Below, piece by piece: positions 7,802 through 16,094 of a DNA stretch of 26,280 nt. The position numbers and the translations under genes are program-made. The stretch comes from Chloroflexota bacterium (GTDB taxonomy: Bacteria > Chloroflexota > Limnocylindria > Limnocylindrales > CSP1-4). The stretch covers positions 1 through 26,280 of the forward strand of contig JAXDKY010000075.1 of the NCBI GenBank assembly GCA_034666885.1, read 5' to 3'. A model generated the notes under the pieces. That model was not told where the DNA came from. It saw nothing but the letters and a program-made list of their open reading frames with translations, and ran no database searches. Each line of letters opens with the position of its first letter. Position 1 is the stretch's first letter.

Positions 7802-7882
7802 TCGACCGGCGTCAGCTGCCCGAGCGGGCTTGCGTGGGCCCGGGCTGAGGTCAAGGCGATGGAAACTGTGATGGAGAGCAAC

Positions 7883-8539
7883 GTGGCACATCCAGCACCG
7901 CGGCCGGCGATACCGGCCGGCCTAGTCTCGTGCGGCGTCGCCGCCGTCGCGCGGCGGGTGACCGCTGAGACGGCGCCGGCGGTCGCCGATGCCCTCGTCG
8001 AGGGCGGTGTGCTCGCGTTCGAGGTCACGCTCAACGAGCCCGTCGTGGGCGCCATCCGCGCGATCGAGTCGGTCGCCGCTCGGGCGCCCGGACTGGCCGT
8101 TGGCGCCGGAACGGTGCTCTCGATCAAAGCGGCGCAGCTCGCCATGGACGCCGGCGCGACGTTCCTGGTCATGCCGCACACCGACCCGGAGCTGATCGGC
8201 TGGGCGGCGGAGCGCGGCATCCCGACCCTCCCCGGCGCCTTCACGCCGACCGAGATCCTGGCCGGGTGGCGCGCCGGGGCCGCCGCCGTGAAGCTGTTCC
8301 CGGCCTCGGTGGCCGGGCCCGCGTTCGTGCGCGAATGCCTCGGTCCGTTCCCCGACATCCCGCTTGTTCCTAGCGGGGGCGTGACGGTGCAGTCCGCGGG
8401 CGACTTCATCCGGGCCGGCGCCGTGGCCGTCGGCGTCGGTGGGTGGCTGATCGGTGATGCGGCACCGGCCGGCGTAACCGCCCGCGCCCGACAGATCGTC
8501 GGCGCGGTCGCCGAAGCGCGGGCCGACCTCTCGCGCTGA
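7883..8539 (+). CDS. eda: KDPG/KHG aldolase (2-dehydro-3-deoxy-phosphogluconate aldolase family)
   Basis: FEVTL (catalytic Glu), VGAGTV, PGAFTPTE, VKLFPA (Schiff-base Lys), PSGGV. GTG 7883 follows GGAGAG; ATG 7859 or 7871 are possible alternative starts. Confidence 0.92.
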   Translation: MAHPAPRPAIPAGLVSCGVAAVARRVTAETAPAVADALVEGGVLAFEVTLNEPVVGAIRAIESVAARAPGLAVGAGTVLSIKAAQLAMDAGATFLVMPHTDPELIGWAAERGIPTLPGAFTPTEILAGWRAGAAAVKLFPASVAGPAFVRECLGPFPDIPLVPSGGVTVQSAGDFIRAGAVAVGVGGWLIGDAAPAGVTARARQIVGAVAEARADLSR

Positions 8540-8564
8540 CCGGCTTTTCGCGTCGCTGGTCAGC
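8535..8564. terminator. Hairpin between convergent eda and sugar-kinase genes (possible bidirectional terminator)
   Basis: GCTGACCGGC (8535-8544) pairs with GCTGGTCAGC (8555-8564), one G-T pair, 10-nt loop; no U-tract. Confidence 0.45.
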
Positions 8565-8601
8565 CCGCGGCCATCAGCCCGCGGCCGTCAGCCCTCGGCC
8601 A
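8560..8601. repeat. Three tandem 14-bp repeats containing the kinase stop codon
   Basis: TCAGCCCGCGGCCA / TCAGCCCGCGGCCG / TCAGCCCTCGGCCA. Confidence 0.9.
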
Positions 8602-9607
8602 CCGACGTCGCCACGGCACGGGCATCCCACGCCGCCAGCGCCTTGCGGACCTTCGCCCCGATCGCGGCATCCACGATCTCGCCGCGCAACGCATCGAGCC
8701 CGAGCAGGGCCGCTCCCGCGACCGGCGGCGCATCCGAGCGCACGAGGGTCGCCCGCGGCGCGATGGCCTGCACCCCGGCCCGGATCCTCGAACGGAATGT
8801 GACGTCGGGCGTCCGGAAGACCCCGCCGCCGAGCACGATCTCGGGATCGAGCCGGGTGAGGTGGAGCCGCCGGAGCATCGCCCCGGCCATCGCCACGACC
8901 TCGTCGGCAAGCCGGTCGACGACGGCTCGGGCCGCGGCGTCGCCGTCGATCGCTGCCGCGAAGACGACCGGCGCGAGCTCATCGATCCGCCGCTGTTGGA
9001 CCCGGCCGTCGTACATCGCCATCGTCAGCGCATGCGGCGAACCGAGGTCGAAATGGGCGGGCACCGTCTCCTCGAGGATGGTTCGCGGCCCACGTCCGTC
9101 GCGGGCCCGCACGGCGGCCGCCAGGCCCTGCCAGCCGACGTCCGTGCCGCCGCCCCAGTCACCGGAAATATCGCCCAGCGCGTCGAGCCGGGCCGTCCGC
9201 CCGTTCGGGGCGATCCCGGCAGCGTTGACGCCGTGGCCGCAGATGACGACGACGCCCCAACCTCGATCGGTGCCGGCGCGCAGGGCCGCGAACGAGTCGT
9301 TACGGAGCAGGTCGGTCCGGGCGAATCCCCGCGCCGCGAGTCGCGCCGTCAGCAGCCGGATGTCGCCCCGGGTGTCGGCGCCAGCCAGGCAGTACACGCC
9401 GACGTCCGCTCGGTCGGGCGCGCCGGCGCCGGCGGCGGCGTGCGCCTCGGCGACCAGGGAGGCCAGCCGCTCCATCCCGATATCGACCCCGACCGCCTGG
9501 TGAGAGCTCGTCGGTCCGTGGACGGCCGCCAGCAGGCCGCCATCCTCGGCGACGAGGGCGACGTCGGTCTTCGAATTCCCGCCGTCGACGGCGAGGACCA
9601 GCTTCAC
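8588..9607 (-). CDS. BadF/BadG/BcrA/BcrD-family sugar kinase (N-acetylglucosamine/MurNAc kinase-like)
   Basis: LAVDGGNSKT phosphate-1 motif, CLAGAD, NDSFAAL, ICGHGVN, SGDWGGG, VLGGGVF, PVAGAAL; GTG 9607 overlaps the deacetylase stop (GTGA). Confidence 0.9.
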   Translation of the reverse strand: MKLVLAVDGGNSKTDVALVAEDGGLLAAVHGPTSSHQAVGVDIGMERLASLVAEAHAAAGAGAPDRADVGVYCLAGADTRGDIRLLTARLAARGFARTDLLRNDSFAALRAGTDRGWGVVVICGHGVNAAGIAPNGRTARLDALGDISGDWGGGTDVGWQGLAAAVRARDGRGPRTILEETVPAHFDLGSPHALTMAMYDGRVQQRRIDELAPVVFAAAIDGDAAARAVVDRLADEVVAMAGAMLRRLHLTRLDPEIVLGGGVFRTPDVTFRSRIRAGVQAIAPRATLVRSDAPPVAGAALLGLDALRGEIVDAAIGAKVRKALAAWDARAVATSVAEG

Positions 9608-10196
9608 GACAAGGCGTCCAGCCGTACGAACTCGCCGCCGCCCGCTCGCACCCGGTCGATGAGGGCGGGGAGGGCGCGTCCCGTCGCGGTGGTCCACGGA
9701 TGGAGCAGGATCACGGCGCCGTCGCCGTGGCGCAGGGCCGCATCGGCGGCCTCGGTCGCCAACCGCCGGCCCGTCGCGCTCGACCGCCAATCGAGCCCGT
9801 CGACGTCCCAGCGCGTCTCGCGGTAGCCGAGCCGTTCGAGCGCCCCCAGCACCGCCGGATCGTCGGTCCCGGCACCGAACGGACAACGGAACCAGGGTCG
9901 CGGATCCTGCCCCGTCGCCCGACGGATGGCCCGTTCGGCGGCCCGCACGTCCGTCGCCAGCCCCCTCGCGCTCAGCAGCGGCATGCGGACATGGTAGTGC
10001 GAGTGATTCCCGACGAGATGCCCGCCGTTCGCGATCGACCGCGCGAGGCTCGGGAACGCCTCGGCCCAGCGGCCCTGGACGAAGAAGGAGGCCGTCGTCC
10101 CGGTCGCGGCGAGCGTGGCGAGCACCCGTTCCGTGCCGCCGGGGCGATGGGGGCGGTCGGGATGCTCGGCGTCGAAGGTCAGCGCGATGCGGACCG

Positions 10197-10200
<4 letters not shown>
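9604..10200 (-). CDS. Polysaccharide deacetylase, NodB/CE4 family, cytoplasmic single domain
   Basis: ALTFDAEH (motif 1 variant), GNHSHYH, FRCPF, DVDGLDW, ILLH; no signal peptide. The real gene is the last 198 aa of the 625-aa track ORF; GTG 10200 overlaps the permease stop. Confidence 0.88.
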
Positions 10201-11299
<1,099 letters not shown>

Positions 11300-11303
<4 letters not shown>

Positions 11304-12247
11304 CGGGCCTCACCGGCGTAATAGACCCATCGACGCGCCGTCCCGAACAGGACGAGGGTGATGACCAGGGAGATCGCGAACAGGACCCAGGCCAGGGTCG
11401 CCCCGTAGGACATGTTCTGGAAGGTGAAGAAGTTCTTGTAGAGGTAGAGGTTGTAGAACATGGTCGAGCCGCCGGGCTCACCAGTGCCGTTCTTGAGGAC
11501 GAGCGGGACGAGGAAGTACTGGAGGACCTCGACCACGGCGAGCACGATCGTGTAGAAGATGACCGGCGTCATCATCGGCACGGTGATGAAGCGCAGCGAC
11601 GCCCAGGCACCGGCGCCGTCGATCCGGGCGGCCTCGTACAAGTCCGTCGGGATGCCCCGCAGGCCGGCGAGGTAGACGATGACCCCGGCCCCGATACCCC
11701 ACACGCCCATGATCACGAGCCCCGGGTAGACCCACGTCGGATCCTCGAGCCAGGCCGGTGGTTTCGAGACGCCGATCACCTTGAGCGCGATGTTGATCCA
11801 GCCCGTATCCGGGTTCAGCATGCTGTTCCAGATGAACACGCCGGCCACGAACGGGACGACGTACGGCAGGAAGAACAGCACGCGGAAGACCCCGCTGAAC
11901 CGCAGGTGCCGTGAATGCAGGAGCAGGGCGACCAGGAACGGCAGGATCACCGCCACGGGCAGGGCGAGGGCCGCGAATTTCAGGGTGATCCCGAGTGAGT
12001 CCCAGACCTGCCGGTCGCGGAACAACGTCTCATAGTTCTTGAGCCCGACGAACCGCAGCGGTTCGGCCTGGGCCAGGTTGATGTTCGTGAAGGTGAAGAC
12101 GAAGGTCGCGATCATCGGGAAGGCCGTGAAGGCCAGGAACCCGATGATCCAGGGGGCGATGAAGACGTACCCCCAGCGTGCGCGGCGCCATGCCAGCCCG
12201 GAGAAGCGAGGCTGGCTGCGCGCGCGCGCGACGCTGGGGGCCGCCAT
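11300..12247 (-). CDS. Carbohydrate ABC transporter permease (MalF/UgpA-like)
   Basis: FIAPWIIGF, FVGLKNY, LAGLRGIPTDLYEAARIDGAG, YGATLAWVLF. Confidence 0.95.
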
Positions 12248-12250
12248 CGG

Positions 12251-13738
12251 TCAGTTGCCCCCGGCGTCCCAGATGGCCTGCATCTGGGCCTTCATGTCGG
12301 CGATCTCGGTGTCGATGTTGAGGTCAGGCGTGGCCTGCCACTTCGTGTAGAACGTGCTCATCAGGTCGAGGGTCTGGTTGTAGGCGGGCATGAAGGACTC
12401 GAAGTTCGGCACGTCCGCGTACTTGACGCCTTCCTTGGCCACGTTCCAATCGATCGTCTGGGTGTAGTCGGCCTGGAGGCCCTGCAAGAACGCGTCCTGC
12501 TTGGACTCGACCGCCGGCATGCCACCGTACAGCTTGAGGAGGTCTCCGTTGGCCAGCAGGTACTGGAGCACCTCGAAGGCCTTGTCCGCGTTCTTGCTGG
12601 TCTTGAGGATGCGGAACGTGTCCGCGTTGAACGCGGCCGTCGTCTTGCCCTTATAGGCCGGCGTCGCCGCCATGTTCCAGTCGTCGCCGGCATCGGAGAT
12701 GCCGTACAGCGACCAGAGGTAGTTCGTGCTCATCGCGACCTTGCCCGTGAAGAACGGATAGCCGTTGGGGTTGAAGTCGGTGTTCTGGAACTGCGGGCCG
12801 GTCGTGCTGAAGTGTTCCTTCCAGATCCCGTCGTAGAAGTGATGCCAGGCGGCGACCCACGGCTCGGGCATCTGGACCGTCTTCCCGTCCGCCGCCGCGA
12901 ACGTGCCGGCTCCCCAGTAGGCGCCCGTCTGGCGCATGTCGTCGCGCTGCGGCTCGAAGCCCCACTGGACGATCTTCTCGGGGTCGAAGCCGGCCTCGGT
13001 CGCGTCCTTGCCGCTCTCGTCGACGGTCAGCAGCGGGGCGATCTTGCTGATCGTGTCGTAGTCCCACGGCACCTTCGAGCCGTCGGGCATCGTGTAGGTG
13101 CTGTTCCACTCGTGGGGTGGCTCCTGGAGTCCGGCCTCCTTGAAGAGGCTAGCCTTGTAGAAGAGCACCGACGGGTAGACGGCATAGGGGATCCCGACCT
13201 GGCCGTCGCCGCCGGCGTTGTACAGGTTGACGGTCGATTCCGGGAACTGGCTCATGTCGAACTTGGTGCTGTCGATGAGCGGCTGGAGGTCCAGCCATTG
13301 GCCGTGGAAGGCCTCCGCGCCGCCGATGCCGAGCGGGCCGACGATATCCGGGCCGTTCCCCGAACCGAGCTGGACCGACAGCGCGTCGCGCGCGGCGCCG
13401 TAGATGTAGCCCTCGAACTGGAGGTGGATGCCGGGGTGCGAGGCGTTGAAGTCCTCGGCCACCTTGAGCTCGACCTCGACCTGTTCGGGCGCGTCGCCCG
13501 TGCCGAGGCAGCAGTACCAGCGGATGACGACGTCGCCGGGCTTGGCCTCGGAGCCCGTGACCGGCAACGGGGTCGCGACGGGCTCCGCCGACGCGGATGC
13601 TCCCGCCGACTCGGCGGGTGCGCTGGAATCCGCGGGCGCCACGCTCGGCGCCACGCTGCTGGCGGCGGGCCCGCAGGCACTGGCCAGCAGGGCCAGCACC
13701 GCTACCAGGACGGCGAACCGTCCGAACGGTCGTTGCAT
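12251..13738 (-). CDS. Sugar ABC transporter substrate-binding lipoprotein (CUT1 / SBP family 1)
   Basis: GGAGGAGGAG RBS before ATG 13738; lipoprotein signal ending LASAC; Ala/Ser/Pro linker; GIPYAVYPSVLFY, FFTGKVAM features of family-1 SBPs. Confidence 0.92.
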   Translation of the reverse strand: MQRPFGRFAVLVAVLALLASACGPAASSVAPSVAPADSSAPAESAGASASAEPVATPLPVTGSEAKPGDVVIRWYCCLGTGDAPEQVEVELKVAEDFNASHPGIHLQFEGYIYGAARDALSVQLGSGNGPDIVGPLGIGGAEAFHGQWLDLQPLIDSTKFDMSQFPESTVNLYNAGGDGQVGIPYAVYPSVLFYKASLFKEAGLQEPPHEWNSTYTMPDGSKVPWDYDTISKIAPLLTVDESGKDATEAGFDPEKIVQWGFEPQRDDMRQTGAYWGAGTFAAADGKTVQMPEPWVAAWHHFYDGIWKEHFSTTGPQFQNTDFNPNGYPFFTGKVAMSTNYLWSLYGISDAGDDWNMAATPAYKGKTTAAFNADTFRILKTSKNADKAFEVLQYLLANGDLLKLYGGMPAVESKQDAFLQGLQADYTQTIDWNVAKEGVKYADVPNFESFMPAYNQTLDLMSTFYTKWQATPDLNIDTEIADMKAQMQAIWDAGGN

Positions 13739-13791
13739 GTGCGTTCTCCTCCTCCGTTGGTGATGGCCGCTCGATGGCATGACCGACGATG

Positions 13792-14586
13792 TCACCGGTT
13801 CGCTCCTCCTCCTGGTACCACGACCTCCATGGGTAGCGAGCGGACGGGCCGCTCGACGTCGCGTTCCACGTAGTAGCGCGAGCGATCGCCCCGGACGTAG
13901 GTCCGACCGAATTCGACCGGGATGTCGTTGGCGGCGAACGCGATGCCCTCGATGAGGAGGGCGGCCGCTCCGACCCGCTGGCGCAGCAGCCCGGCCTCTC
14001 GCTCAGGGAGGAGGACCGGCTCGAGCGCCTCGCGCGCTCGAATGACCGGCGTCCCGTAGCGCGTCGCCATCAGCTCGTACAGCGAGGCGTGCTCGAGGTC
14101 GCCGGCAAGGAGCCCCGGGAAGCGTTCGGCTGGAAGGTGCACCTGCTCGAGAAGATACGGCTCGCCGCCCGCCATCCGCAGGCGTTCCAGGTAGAGCGTG
14201 GGCGACCCGGCTTCCAGCTCGAGGGCCGCGGCGACCGGGATCGTCGCGGACTCCGGCCGCGCCGAGATCAGCCGCGTCTCTGGATCGAGACCGCGCTCCT
14301 GCATCTCGGCCGCGAAGCTGGCCCGGCTGGCGATGTCGCGATCGAGCCGGGGCCGCAGGACGAAGGTGCCGCGCCCGCGCGTCCGTTCGATGCGGCCCTG
14401 TTGGGCGAGCTCGCCGAGCGCCCGGCGTACGGTGATCAGGCTGACCCCGTAGTGGGCGGCCAGGTCGCGCTCGGTCGGGAGGCGATCGCCGGGGCGCCAG
14501 GTCCCGTCATCCAGCGACCCGCGCAGGTCGAGGTAGACCTGGTGGTGCATCGGGACCGGACCGAGCGCGAGGCGAAAACGTGCCAT
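13792..14586 (-). CDS. GntR-family transcriptional regulator with UTRA domain (HutC subfamily)
   Basis: wHTH PGDRLPTERDLAAHYGVSLITVRRAL...GRGTFV, followed by a UTRA domain (LERLRMAGGEP, HASLYELM, YVRGDR). Start ATG 14586 (14637 is an alternative). Confidence 0.93.
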   Translation of the reverse strand: MARFRLALGPVPMHHQVYLDLRGSLDDGTWRPGDRLPTERDLAAHYGVSLITVRRALGELAQQGRIERTRGRGTFVLRPRLDRDIASRASFAAEMQERGLDPETRLISARPESATIPVAAALELEAGSPTLYLERLRMAGGEPYLLEQVHLPAERFPGLLAGDLEHASLYELMATRYGTPVIRAREALEPVLLPEREAGLLRQRVGAAALLIEGIAFAANDIPVEFGRTYVRGDRSRYYVERDVERPVRSLPMEVVVPGGGANR

Positions 14587-14654
14587 TGCGGGCGGGCAGC
14601 TCCTCCGATGTCCGTGGGCGACGGGACGGGCAGACATCCTTTGCGCGGGCCGCG

Positions 14655-14678
14655 ATTGCTGATAACGTTATAAGCAAT
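14655..14678. promoter_or_regulatory. 24-bp near-perfect palindromic operator between the divergent gntR operon and GH4 gene
   Basis: ATTGCTGATAACGTTATAAGCAAT (one mismatched pair), an AT-rich patch in a very GC-rich context, flanked by a perfect TTGACA on the minus strand (14686-14681). Confidence 0.8.
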
Positions 14679-14720
14679 GGTGTCAAGCCCGGCTCGCCGG
14701 GCGGGCGGCCCGGAGGGCGG

Positions 14721-15989
14721 ATGGGAACCAAGATCACGGTCGTTGGCGGCGGCAGCACGTACACGCCGGAACTCGTGGACGGCTTCGTACGGCGCTCGGA
14801 TCGCCTGCCGATCGACGAGCTCGTCCTGCTCGACACCGACGCCGACCGACTCGATATCGTCGGGGGGCTCGCCCAGCGCATGCTCGACCGCCAGGACTGG
14901 ACAGGGCGCCTCCGCCTGACCGGCGATCGCGATGCCGCCCTCGACGGCGCCGACTTCGTCCTCTTCCAGCTGCGGGTCGGTGGCCAGGCCGCCCGTCTTA
15001 TCGACGAGACCGTGCCGCTCGAGTTCGGGGTGATCGGGCAGGAGACCACCGGCGCCGGTGGGTTCGCCAAGGCGTTGCGCACGGTCCCGGTGGTGCTGGA
15101 GCTGGCGGAGCTCGCCGCTCGCCGGGCAGCACCCGACGCCTGGATCGTCGACTTCACGAATCCGGTCGGGATCGTGACCCAGGCGCTCATCGATGACGGG
15201 CATCGGGCGATCGGCCTGTGCAACGTCGCGATCAACCTCCAGCGCTCGATGGCCACCGAGTTCGAGGTCGAGCCGGAGCGGGTCGCGCTCGAGCACGTCG
15301 GCCTCAACCACCTCAGCTGGGAACGGGCGGTCCGCGTCGACGGCGTCGATCGCCTGCCGGAGCTCCTGGAGCGCGAGTCCGAGAAGTTGGCCGAGGACTT
15401 CCGCTTGCCCCTGGACCTCTTCCGGACGATCGGGGCGATCCCGTCCTACTACCTGCGCTACTACTACCTCACCCGGACGGTCCTCGAGGAGCAGCGCGCC
15501 GGGCACACCCGAGCGGCCGACGTCATGGACATCGAGGCGCGTCTGCTCGAGCTGTACAAAGACCAGTCGCTCGCCGAGAAGCCGGCCCTGCTCGACAGCC
15601 GCGGCGGGGCGTTCTACAGCGAGGCGGCCGCTCAGCTCATCGCGTCGCTGCACGATGGCGCCGGCGACGTCCAGGTCGTCGACGTGCGCAACGAGGGCGC
15701 CATCCCGGACCTGCCCGATTCCGCCGTCGTCGAGATCCCGGCGCGCATCGATCGCGACGGTGCCCATCCGCTGCCCCTGGCGCCGCTCGCGCCCGAGCAG
15801 CGCGGCCTGGTCCAGGTCGTCAAGGCGTACGAGGAGCTGACGGTCGCCGCGGCAAAGAGCGGTGACCGCGATGTGGCGGTTCGGGCGCTGACGGTCAATC
15901 CCCTGGTCGGAGGCGACGTCGCGCGACCGCTGCTGGAGGCGATGCTCGAGGCTGGACGCGCACACATGGGCAGGTTCGCGCCGGCCTGA
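14721..15989 (+). CDS. 6-phospho-beta-glucosidase, glycoside hydrolase family 4 (NAD+/Mn2+-dependent)
   Basis: VGGGSTYTP NAD-binding motif, GQETTGAGG, FTNP, GLCN (Cys), GLNH (His), IPSYYLRYY, RGGAFYS; GGAGGG RBS before ATG 14721. Confidence 0.95.
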   Translation: MGTKITVVGGGSTYTPELVDGFVRRSDRLPIDELVLLDTDADRLDIVGGLAQRMLDRQDWTGRLRLTGDRDAALDGADFVLFQLRVGGQAARLIDETVPLEFGVIGQETTGAGGFAKALRTVPVVLELAELAARRAAPDAWIVDFTNPVGIVTQALIDDGHRAIGLCNVAINLQRSMATEFEVEPERVALEHVGLNHLSWERAVRVDGVDRLPELLERESEKLAEDFRLPLDLFRTIGAIPSYYLRYYYLTRTVLEEQRAGHTRAADVMDIEARLLELYKDQSLAEKPALLDSRGGAFYSEAAAQLIASLHDGAGDVQVVDVRNEGAIPDLPDSAVVEIPARIDRDGAHPLPLAPLAPEQRGLVQVVKAYEELTVAAAKSGDRDVAVRALTVNPLVGGDVARPLLEAMLEAGRAHMGRFAPA

Positions 15990-15992
15990 GCC

Positions 15993-16018
15993 GGGCGGCC
16001 ACCGAAGCCGGGCTGCCC
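15993..16018 (+). terminator. GC hairpin after the GH4 gene (possible terminator)
   Basis: GGGCGGCC / GGCTGCCC 8-bp stem with a 10-nt loop, 3 nt after the stop; no U-tract. Confidence 0.35.
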
Positions 16019-16094
16019 GTCGCGCGATGCACCTGCAACGCGTCCGACGAGCGCATGACCGCGTGATGCGGCGTGATACGGCATGCTTGCGCCC

